64,000 nt of DNA from a virus (lineage: Duplodnaviria > Caudoviricetes), in the IMG/VR virus record IMGVR_UViG_3300038345_000087, positions 1 to 64,000 of that record. One strand, written 5' to 3'. This document shows, one piece after another, positions 40,688-49,800 of the stretch. Below the pieces are notes generated by a model. It was given only the letters and a program-made list of their open reading frames with translations, was not told where the DNA came from and made no database searches. Each line of letters opens with the position of its first letter. Positions within the stretch are counted from its first letter, which is position 1. The translations under genes and the position numbers were made by a program.

Positions 40688-40940
40688 AAAAAGTATGTTG
40701 ATAAAATCTATTAGATATATAGGATTCCTGAGACCTGACGTGAGTTGTGGCACTGGTTATTCAGAACCCGATAAGTTCCATGTGGTTTATGATACAGGGT
40801 TGGAAACTGATGTGTGGGTTGATATTTGGAATCTTCCAGAGGAATGTGTACGTAGTGCTTTTTTAGAGGATTGTATGATGCTTTTCATTCGCTACCCAAT
40901 AATCTTGATGAAGCATTTGAAATGTATAAGCAAGCAATAA
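40677..40940 (+). CDS. Hypothetical protein inside the array
   Basis: 87 aa; starts MNCK with the same junction sequence as the HNH gene. Confidence 0.5.
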   Translation: MNCKKSMLIKSIRYIGFLRPDVSCGTGYSEPDKFHVVYDTGLETDVWVDIWNLPEECVRSAFLEDCMMLFIRYPIILMKHLKCISKQ

Positions 40941-41001
40941 TTCCAACAGGACGTTGCCCACATTTTTGGCTTAATGAACGTAAAAAACAATAATATATAA
41001 T

Positions 41002-42252
41002 ATGATAGCTAAAATTTATCCAGACAATCATCCAGATTTGGCGGGCAAGCGTGACCCGTCACATCCAGTCCGTTACTTCGATATCCGTAAACTGACAGAA
41101 GGTGAATGCCTCCGTTTGATGGATGTTCCTGAACCTGACATCATCAAACTTTGTAATGCAACAAAGGGCAAGGCGGGGCGCATCAAAGAAAACGAACCCG
41201 CTTATGGTGAAGCAGGACATGGGAAAGGCTCTCCTGTGCTTTCTCGTTCTGCTATCTATAAACTTGCAGGAAACAGTATTGTTGTTTCATGCTTACGTCA
41301 TATCTTCAAGAATATCTATTTGACAGAGGATGATCCTAATGACGCTTTTGAATTGTTCCCTGAACCGACATTCCGTGCCCCTATTCCTTCTACCATTCGT
41401 CTTGTTACACTTTGCTCAGGTTATGACTCACAAGCCATCGCCCTTCAGCAAGTGGTAGATGAGATAAACCAGGGGGGGCAAATCAACGGTTCCGTATGTT
41501 GCGATGGTATCGCAACCCAATTAGATTTGCTTGCTTGGGCTGAATACGACCCAGATCGTCCGAAAATACCACTTGAAAGACAACCCGCCGTAGTTGCACA
41601 TAATATCCTTTTTCCCCAATATGCGGATCGTAACCTCGGCGATATGACAAAGATTGATTGGCCTTCCGTCTATGAGGAGTGGAAGGCGAAAGGAATCTCC
41701 GAAATCGATATTCTTACTTATTCTACGCCATGCCAAAGTATTTCTCAGGCTAGTAAAAGAGCCGGCATAAAGAAAGGTTCTGGCACCCGATCTTCTATAC
41801 TATGGTACACAGAGAATGCCATCCGTACACTCCGACCTAAATTTCTTCTTCAAGAAAATGTCCGCGCTCTGGTGAATGAGGTGAACATTGATGATTTCCG
41901 TGAGTGGCAACAAGTCTGTACTGATTGTGGATATGACAACTATTGGGCCATACTGAATGCAAAGGATTTTGGCGTACCGCAAAACCGTGAGCGTGTGTTC
42001 ATGCTTTCCGTCAGAAAGGATTTGAACCTACCCATATATCGTTTTCCTAAACCTTTCCGCCTCTTGAAGTGTATTGCAGACATCCTTGATGAGGATGTAC
42101 CAGAGAGTTATTTCTTGAAGCCGGATAGTGTTATCAAGTTCTTTCAGACCAATGAAGCAGATAAGAATGCGGCCATCTGTTATGCTTATACAGACCACAA
42201 ACTTTCTAATGAGGAAATCGCACGCATTCGTAAAGAGAATGGGGTGGGGTAA
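41002..42252 (+). CDS. Circularly permuted C5-cytosine DNA methyltransferase core without TRD; in-frame G7 tract
   Basis: Motif order IX (IRKLTEGECLRLMD), X (YKLAGNSIVV), I (TLCSGYDSQ), IV (STPCQ), VI (QENV), VII (LNAKDFG), VIII (PQNRERVF); G7 at 41472-41478. Confidence 0.9.
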   Translation: MIAKIYPDNHPDLAGKRDPSHPVRYFDIRKLTEGECLRLMDVPEPDIIKLCNATKGKAGRIKENEPAYGEAGHGKGSPVLSRSAIYKLAGNSIVVSCLRHIFKNIYLTEDDPNDAFELFPEPTFRAPIPSTIRLVTLCSGYDSQAIALQQVVDEINQGGQINGSVCCDGIATQLDLLAWAEYDPDRPKIPLERQPAVVAHNILFPQYADRNLGDMTKIDWPSVYEEWKAKGISEIDILTYSTPCQSISQASKRAGIKKGSGTRSSILWYTENAIRTLRPKFLLQENVRALVNEVNIDDFREWQQVCTDCGYDNYWAILNAKDFGVPQNRERVFMLSVRKDLNLPIYRFPKPFRLLKCIADILDEDVPESYFLKPDSVIKFFQTNEADKNAAICYAYTDHKLSNEEIARIRKENGVG

Positions 42253-42553
42253 TGAAAAAGATGCTGATAAAAGATACCGAACCGTCCGAAGATATGGCTC
42301 GCATCCGTATTTCGGCAAGCCGTGGCAGGGGGGGCAATCTATGACTTACCTCTATGACCGTTCGCCAAAAGATGATACTGCACCTGTTCGTGTGGCTTCA
42401 TCTGTTAATCGTGACCTTGATGACCTTTCTTTTCGTGGTGCTCATGCGACAAGGAACTTCCATCAAGTCATAGAACTTGGCTCTTCTCGGTTCACCAACA
42501 CTATCACTTCTGTTCTAAAAGACAATCTCGTATGGATAGAGTGTTTTCCGTAA
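42252..42553 (+). CDS. TRD-like mini-protein 5, split at G7 (G8 fuses both parts; the downstream half also has its own ATG at 42341)
   Basis: MKKML..RISASRGRGGNL* then MTYLY..RVASSVNRD..FTNTITSVLKDNLVWIECFP*; G7 at 42328-42334. Confidence 0.65.
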
Positions 42554-42675
42554 GTTTGATTCGTTATCCACATGGTAAGTTTCGTGGTGGTCATTATCAT
42601 GTTCATGCTTTTCCTCCATTAACGACCTCTTGCTTCCAAAACAATAACTTTCTACTTATTGAATATGATTCCTAA
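42532..42675 (+). CDS. TRD-like mini-protein 6 (47 aa, no G tract)
   Basis: ..IRYPHGKFRGGHYHVHAFPPLTTSCFQNNNFLLIEYDS*. Confidence 0.7.
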   Translation: MDRVFSVSLIRYPHGKFRGGHYHVHAFPPLTTSCFQNNNFLLIEYDS

Positions 42676-42901
42676 TAGCCGCCCTGCATGTTGCGATTCT
42701 ATCGAAACTCTCTCATTGACCATTACTACCTCCGCACCTCCTAAACGTATTCCAGGGGGGGCACTTCTTCCTGTAAATACAACAGCCGACGGGCTGGCTT
42801 GCACTCTCAACACTCGTTACGAGGCTATGGCTCTTCCGCTCGACATCCTTTCCCTGGCTCATTACCCCAAGACAGTTATTTTGATAGAGTGGTTCCTATA
42901 A
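42665..42901 (+). CDS. TRD-like mini-protein 7, G7 in frame (ON)
   Basis: ..PGGALLPVNTTADGLACTLNTRYEAM..HYPKTVILIEWFL*; paralog of unit 3; G7 at 42755-42761. Confidence 0.7.
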   Translation: MIPNSRPACCDSIETLSLTITTSAPPKRIPGGALLPVNTTADGLACTLNTRYEAMALPLDILSLAHYPKTVILIEWFL

Positions 42902-43014
42902 TGACCATCAACTCTTCACAAGATGGCATCGTGGTTTCTCCTTGGGGCATTTCTCCTACACACACAGCCGGTCATGGTAATATGCCCAAGGTAATAGTAG
43001 AATACGACTTGTAA
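42901..43014 (+). CDS. TRD-like mini-protein 8 (37 aa)
   Basis: MTINSSQDGIVVSPWGISPTHTAGHGNMPKVIVEYDL*; paralog of unit 1. Confidence 0.7.
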   Translation: MTINSSQDGIVVSPWGISPTHTAGHGNMPKVIVEYDL

Positions 43015-43025
43015 AGCCACTGTTT

Positions 43026-43052
43026 CCGATGGATCTCCATCGGGTCTTTTTT
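43026..43052 (+). terminator. Intrinsic terminator closing the replication/methylation operon
   Basis: CCGATGGA-TC-TCCATCGG followed by a T tract. Confidence 0.7.
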
Positions 43053-43169
43053 GTCGTTTTTGTATGCAGCATGGTTTGCCCATGCTGTTTTTCATTTGTT
43101 CCGTTCCCCTCCTCTTCCCTTTGTATCTTTGCCTTGTAAATAATGTAAAATCCTAAATAAATCAAAATT

Positions 43170-44309
43170 ATGCTTATCTCCTCCGTTGAAGAACTGCGTC
43201 TCTACGCTCCTGCCAATGCCATCGATCATATCGAAACACTGGCTGGTTTTCTGGATAGTTCTGAACACGATTTCCTTGCTGAGAAATTGGGTCATCCTCT
43301 TCACGCTTCTCTCACGGAATACTATCAGAACCTACTCAACTCTGAAGATGGCCTTGCTGATTATATCCAATCCATCACCAACGGTATAGAAATGCCTCCT
43401 TACGCACGCCTCTTGACTGTGGCACAGCGCATCGTGGCTTTTGATGCTCTTGGTCGTGCTATTGACATGCAAGCCATCAGTGTGAATGGTGCTGGCATCA
43501 ATATCTCCACGGCTGATGACTACGCAAAGGCTGATCGTGAAGCGGTGTCAGCTTACAAAAGTACGTGCATCAAAGAGGCACATGCGGCTGTCAATCGCCT
43601 TTTGGTCCTTCTCGAAGAGTGGACGAAGGATGCGGTAGAAGATACGGATCCTGTGCCAGACGGCTCTTCTTCGGGTTCCGAGGAAGAGGAAGAACAGACC
43701 ACTCCAGAACAGGAGAAATCAGAAATCGCCCGTCTTTGGCGTTCTTCTCGATTTTTCTACCTTGCTGCTGGTCTCATTATTCCGTCGGCAATAGTCCTTC
43801 AAGACTATCTCAATATCTATGAGTCTCGTGAAAAATTCATCACTTTGCTTCCTGAACTTCGTACCATTCAGGAGGACATCATAGCACCCATTATTGGAGA
43901 GGATTTTATGGACTATCTTATCGCGTTCTCGCGTGATCCGAAACCTTCTTTAGAAGCCTCCGTGCAAGAAGGTGATTCCTCTGGTCTTTCAGAAGCAGAC
44001 GTGCGCCTTCTTTCTCGCATCCTTCATCGACTTCGCAAGGCTGTAGCACGTCACTTGGAATCGCGTACCATGCAGATGAAGCTCACAGACCCGCGTCGCA
44101 ATGCGGCCCATAATGAGGCGGTACAGTTGACAACGGATCTTGCAGACTATATCGCCGCTCATCAGAGCGACCTACCAACGGATGCCATCACTGCTTTCAC
44201 CACCTCCCCATTGTATAAACCTACGGATGTGACCACGGAGGAAGAAGTACCCTCTTTTGAGAACAATGCTCCCGATTCTGTCATTTTCGTTACTCCTGCT
44301 CTGTCCTAA
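43170..44309 (+). CDS. Putative virion structural protein (head-tail adaptor-like)
   Basis: First gene of a module after TATCTTTG, upstream of tail genes; function inferred from position. Confidence 0.5.
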   Translation: MLISSVEELRLYAPANAIDHIETLAGFLDSSEHDFLAEKLGHPLHASLTEYYQNLLNSEDGLADYIQSITNGIEMPPYARLLTVAQRIVAFDALGRAIDMQAISVNGAGINISTADDYAKADREAVSAYKSTCIKEAHAAVNRLLVLLEEWTKDAVEDTDPVPDGSSSGSEEEEEQTTPEQEKSEIARLWRSSRFFYLAAGLIIPSAIVLQDYLNIYESREKFITLLPELRTIQEDIIAPIIGEDFMDYLIAFSRDPKPSLEASVQEGDSSGLSEADVRLLSRILHRLRKAVARHLESRTMQMKLTDPRRNAAHNEAVQLTTDLADYIAAHQSDLPTDAITAFTTSPLYKPTDVTTEEEVPSFENNAPDSVIFVTPALS

Positions 44310-44322
44310 ATCATAAATCAAT

Positions 44323-46863
44323 ATGACTCAAGCCCGTCCAGCCGATTATTGGTTTTCCAATTCGGCTCTATATATCCAACTGAATGCCGCTGGCGACCCT
44401 AATTACATCCATGCCAACTGTTCGTCTGGCTCGGCTGTGTTGTGCTTTATGCGCGGCATCAATGGTTTGGGCTATGATAACGGACACAACTATCGGCGAT
44501 GGTCATTGATAGCGTCGCCGACGGTGTTCCACGATAATGCCGTTCGTTATGTCTATATTGCCATCCCGAAAAGTGACGCAGTTGATGTGCCGGCACAAGT
44601 GGTGTTCCCTTCGGAGCTGATAGACCTATACGGCTGCAACGAAGGTGGTACGCAAATTGGTTCAACGGATTACTTCTACATCTTCACTCAGGGCATCATT
44701 TCTCCTTCAGAAGTGAATGGTGTTCGCCAAAACCGCACATGGCAGCAGAATGTGGATTGTGGCCAGTTGGCATCGGATGAAGCGATGGCGAATGGAGGCT
44801 CTGATTCATGGTGGGAATGGAACAGTGTCACGGACATGGTGAAGTTCCTGAAGGTGATTTCAGAGGCGACTTTCGATAAACTGACAGCTGCTTGGGCTTC
44901 CATCCGGCAACTTGTGTTGAACGGACACATTATCAATGGTGTTGCAGACCCAGAGACGGCTCAGGATGCCAACGCAGATGACAAGGTGGTGACTCCGGCA
45001 TACGCTCAGACACAGTACCTATCTCGTACACATGATGACGCTGCGGCTGGTGATATCACCTTCAACAACTCCATCATGGTCAAAGGTGAGACCATACTGA
45101 AGCGTGCTGTCACAATCGGAGAATATGAGAAGGACATCCAAGTAGGTATAGGTTCACGCACGGGCGCAAAAATTCTTCCAGATGGTACAATCATCGCCCG
45201 TAATCTCGAATTATCCGAAAGCCTCCAAGTGCCGACTATCAAATACAACTCCATTGAGGTGTTGGCTGGCACACGATGGGATTCTGCCGGTAAGGGACGC
45301 ATCAAGGAGATTATAGCAGTCGATGACAATGCTCATACATGTCAGTTTGTGCTCGATCTCAACGATGGTGAACCTGGTGAGTTTATTGTCAATGACATCC
45401 TTCGTGGCTTCTGGCATAACATGGACGGAACGAAGAATGCACAGAGTAATTCTGATGACCGCCGTGGAAATATCACACGTGCGGGGTTCCAGTCCATCTA
45501 TTGCCGTGTCATCGCCGTGGCGAATGTTGTTGAACGTACCACCGCTGACGCGACTATCTATATTGCCCAGGACAATCAGTACCTCGCTCAGGAGGGAGAT
45601 AAGATATTGGCGAATGGACTTGTGACTGTGCAGATGCGTCAGTACAATAATGGTTCCGATCCTGCAACGTGGTCGCCAACTCCTGAACAGTGGGCTGTCC
45701 TGTCTGTTTCCGGCTTCTTTGGCATCGACCATCCAGAACGTCAGAAGTTCTTTATCTACACCACGTCGTATATGGCTCGATTTGAGGGTGTCAACACGTG
45801 GGAATGGGAGGAACACTGCTTCATGGGAGGTTGGGGCGACTTGACTGGTTTTGCCATGATTCAGGAGGACGAACATGGTAATATCTCACGCAAGGAGTTT
45901 AATGGTGAAGGCTTCGTAACCAAGGATGCACATATATATGGTATTCTGGAACAGTTCACCCGTTTCTCTGATCGCATCAACATACTTCTTTCCCGTCCAG
46001 ATGGAACAATAGCGGATGGAGAGAATATGCGTGCTGACTTTGTTCTCGCAGACGTGGAGGGCAATATCATTTCGTCGGGCTACCGTCTTGACATCACCCG
46101 ACAATCTGGTAATGCTCAGGCTGATGCTGCATGGAATACGGCGATGGCCACTCGATATCCTGATGGCATACCATCGGCTCTGTATTTCCAGTTCTCCGAC
46201 GTTCCCGAAAATGGTGCGGTTTATATTGTGGCGGCTTCTCGTCAGGTGCCAGATGGTACTTCTTATACAACCTATACGACATCGGCATCCTTTGTTCTTT
46301 CACGTGCCTACGCTCAGGAGGTTTTCATGGGTGAATGGAGTCCTTTGACCACCTATACACGCAATGCTCGTACATATCCGACTGTGACCTATGGAGGTTG
46401 TAAGTGGTGGCTCGCTGTTTCAACATCCACAAACGACGAACCGCATCCGCTTTCTACGAAGTGGAAGATGGTTTATGGCATTAACGACCTCGAAATTCGC
46501 TTCTATAATGAGGCGGGCAATCGGATCACCTCTGCTGCTGCCTATCCTGGCTCTGTCAACATCTATCTGGAACCACGCCTTTTGTGTGGCCTCTATGACA
46601 TCACGGAATATCTGACGGACTCCGATTGGTCGTGGGATCGTTATACGGGCAACTATGGCGAACAGACGGACACAAGAACTCCAGCTGATAAGCAGTCAGA
46701 CCAGGGATGGCGCAATGCTCATTGGCCGTCACAACCAACCACACGCATTCTCCGTATCACCAACACTGACATGCCTCCTACATGGGGGTCTGGTGTAATG
46801 GTAAACTTCATCATAACTTGTAATTATGATGGTCTGATTATTTCTAATTCTGTCACCTTCTAA
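44323..46863 (+). CDS. Putative tail protein
   Basis: 846 aa; YLSRTHDDAAAGDITF and LQVPTIKYN motifs typical of Bacteroidota phage tail proteins; next to TMP. Confidence 0.65.
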   Translation: MTQARPADYWFSNSALYIQLNAAGDPNYIHANCSSGSAVLCFMRGINGLGYDNGHNYRRWSLIASPTVFHDNAVRYVYIAIPKSDAVDVPAQVVFPSELIDLYGCNEGGTQIGSTDYFYIFTQGIISPSEVNGVRQNRTWQQNVDCGQLASDEAMANGGSDSWWEWNSVTDMVKFLKVISEATFDKLTAAWASIRQLVLNGHIINGVADPETAQDANADDKVVTPAYAQTQYLSRTHDDAAAGDITFNNSIMVKGETILKRAVTIGEYEKDIQVGIGSRTGAKILPDGTIIARNLELSESLQVPTIKYNSIEVLAGTRWDSAGKGRIKEIIAVDDNAHTCQFVLDLNDGEPGEFIVNDILRGFWHNMDGTKNAQSNSDDRRGNITRAGFQSIYCRVIAVANVVERTTADATIYIAQDNQYLAQEGDKILANGLVTVQMRQYNNGSDPATWSPTPEQWAVLSVSGFFGIDHPERQKFFIYTTSYMARFEGVNTWEWEEHCFMGGWGDLTGFAMIQEDEHGNISRKEFNGEGFVTKDAHIYGILEQFTRFSDRINILLSRPDGTIADGENMRADFVLADVEGNIISSGYRLDITRQSGNAQADAAWNTAMATRYPDGIPSALYFQFSDVPENGAVYIVAASRQVPDGTSYTTYTTSASFVLSRAYAQEVFMGEWSPLTTYTRNARTYPTVTYGGCKWWLAVSTSTNDEPHPLSTKWKMVYGINDLEIRFYNEAGNRITSAAAYPGSVNIYLEPRLLCGLYDITEYLTDSDWSWDRYTGNYGEQTDTRTPADKQSDQGWRNAHWPSQPTTRILRITNTDMPPTWGSGVMVNFIITCNYDGLIISNSVTF

Positions 46864-46875
46864 CATCCCGATAAT

Positions 46876-49800
46876 ATGGATAAAAAGACCGAAGTTGTCA
46901 TCACATGTAATTCCAAGCAACCTGTCGCCGCTGTGCGTGCGATGGAAACGGAATTGAAAAAACTGCAAGGCACTTACCAGCAGCTCGTACAGGCTGGCAA
47001 GGCTGGAACAGAACGTGCTAAGACGATGGCGCACGAGATCAAGGAACTCTCTATTGCTATCAAAGAGGGAAAGGCGAACATGGATAAAATCGTGTCCGTT
47101 ACGAATAACCTTTCCCAATCTTCACTCTCTCAGTTGCAGCGTGCCCTTCGTCAGGTGAAGAAGGAAATGTCGCGTGTAAGTACGGATAGCCCGAAACTGG
47201 ATGATTTGCGTATGAAGTATAAGGCTATCACGGACCAGATTAAGATTCTGAGTGGTGAAATGCTGAATATAAAGAAGCATATTGGCAACCTCTCTGGAGT
47301 GACGGATTCTTGGCTTCAGAAAGCCGTCCAGCAACAGAAAGCCCTGGTGCAACAGACACGTCAGGGAACATCTGAGTATAACAAGCAGATGAGCGTGCTG
47401 TCTCAGCTCTCGACTGAACAGGCACGTCGCGCTGTATCTACCATATCATCGGGTACTGCCAGTGCAGAACAACTACGTTCTGCCCGTGCTGCCCTCGTTT
47501 CTCATCGTGATATGATAGGCTCTGGTGGTATTCAAGTACAGGGCAATCAGGCAACGGAAATAGCTAAAATCAATGAGGAACTGAAGAAGGCTGATGCACA
47601 ACTTGATACGATTGCTGGCAAGGAACAGAAATTGGTGTATTCAACACAGGAAATTGCAGATAAGGCGAATCAGATTATCATGGATCCCAAAAAGTTCACA
47701 CCAAAGGAGATTGAAACGGCTCTGACTAATGTGAACAATAAATTGAAGGAAATTCCACTCAATGACCCGTTCCGAAAGCAGCTAAAACAGTCTGCAACAC
47801 AGTTGAAGGCCATCCTCGATGGCGTGGATAAGGAACTTATCGACATCAAAAACTTGCTCCAACCGCAAAACCTCAAGAAAGCCTCTCTTGAACAGTTGAA
47901 GAATGCGGCTACTCAGTTGGAGAAGGAAATGGCGAAACTCAACCGTGATACACAAGAGTATATCAATAAGAAAAGCCAACTGGCTACCATTCGCGGGGAG
48001 ATAGATAAGGCTACGGGTTCTGTGCATAAACAATCGTCAGCATGGCAGACTACACTTCGCAATATGTCGGCATACTTTGGTGCCTTCCAACTGTTCTCTA
48101 TGGCTATCCAGAAGGTTCAGGCGTTTTTCCGTCTTAACCTCAAATTCTCGGATCAGTTGGCCGACATTCGTAAGGTGTCCGGCCTCGCTATGCAGGACAT
48201 CAATAACCTTGCTAATTCTCTTGCAAAACTTGATACTCGCACTACCATTCAGGAACTTAACGAGATTGCTTATGCGGGTGCCAAATTGGGTATGGGTAAG
48301 TATGGCACCGCCGGATTGGAGCAATTCGTTCGTGCGGCTAACCAGGTGAATGTGGCACTGAAAGAGGACTTGGGACAGGATGCACTCACGGCTCTCTCTA
48401 AGATTACGGAGGTCATGGGACTTATCCCGAAGATGGGCGTGGAGAAATCCATGCTGGCTGTAGGTTCTGCCATGTTCCAGTTGTCTGCCACATCTACGGC
48501 GACATCGAACAATATCGTAGAGTTCTCAAAACGTCTCACGGGTATGGCTCGTACAGCCGGTATCACCACGGATCAGCTGCTTGCACTTGGTTCTGCTTCT
48601 GATGCTATGTACCTCATGCCCGAAGTCGCCAGTACTGCATTTAATAAACTTATCACCTCTCTTCAGACGAAGCACAACCTCATTGAACAAGAACTTCAGA
48701 TTGAACCTGGTACCATCAACAACCTCTATTCTGCTGGCAAGACAATGGATGCCATCGTTCTCATCCTCGAAAAGATGAAGGCGAAGGGTAACATGAATGC
48801 CCTGCAAGGTGTGTTCAAAGACCTCGGTTCTGAAGGTGCTCGTCTCGTCAATGTCATGGTGACGATGAGCAAGAATGTAGATATGCTCAAAGATCACCTC
48901 GCTACATCTGAGGAAGCATTCTCAGAGGCGACGGCTGTCACTCAAGAGTATGCTATACAGCAAGAAACGGCTAATGCTCTGATGGAGCGTGCTTCAAATA
49001 TATGGGAAAAATCTTTTATCAATCCGAAGGGCGTAGATAATGTAAAGGAGTTAGCGCAACAATGGTATAACTTAACAAGGACTCTGACAGAATCTACATT
49101 TTTTATGGCACAGGCTAAGGCTGCTATTTGGCTTCTTATTAGTAGCATTAAAATTTTGATAGCATTACTTCCTGTGTTGATAGAGTTTTTCTTGTTTAGA
49201 GGAGCTTATGCTGCTATTATGGCCGTGGTTCGTGGTTTTGTCGCTCTTCGTACAGCAATTCAGGCGGCTACTGTGGCACAACATGGTTTGAATGCTGCTC
49301 AGAAGGCAAATCTATTTGGATTGATAGCGACCCTTATTGCTGCTGCTGTTAGTTGGTTTATCACGTATCGCGAAAAAGCAGAGGATGCAGCCGAAGCACA
49401 GCAAACCGTAAATCATGCTCTTGCTGATGCTCAAGCAGAGTATATGAAAACTAAAAAGAAACTTGACGATTATGTTAAGGCTCTTGATGATGCTAATATA
49501 TCTGAGGACACCCGTCAGAGATTGCTTCGTTCCTTTAATAAGGATTATAGGATTTATCTGGATAAGTTGGGTATAGAAGTCAATAGCGTAAATGATTTGA
49601 AAACGGCTTATGCCAAGTTGAATGATGAGATAAAGAAAAAGGCGTATTACGAACTGCGTGAAAGAACGCTCCAATCATACGTTGGTGATGCACAGACGGA
49701 ACAGGCTAACGCCATGATAGAGTTCCAGAAGGTGATGAAAAAGTATGGACTGGATGTTAATGCTGATTATGTGGTGAACAATCAGCATTTGGGTATGGTT

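Noticed and set aside
40046-43014. Reading the mini-ORFs as debris of one decayed methyltransferase pseudogene
   Set aside because: Stops fall at the same motif in every unit, each unit has a coupled start, units lie on both sides of an intact core and at a remote locus, and internal frameshifts occur only at G tracts; not fully excluded without expression data
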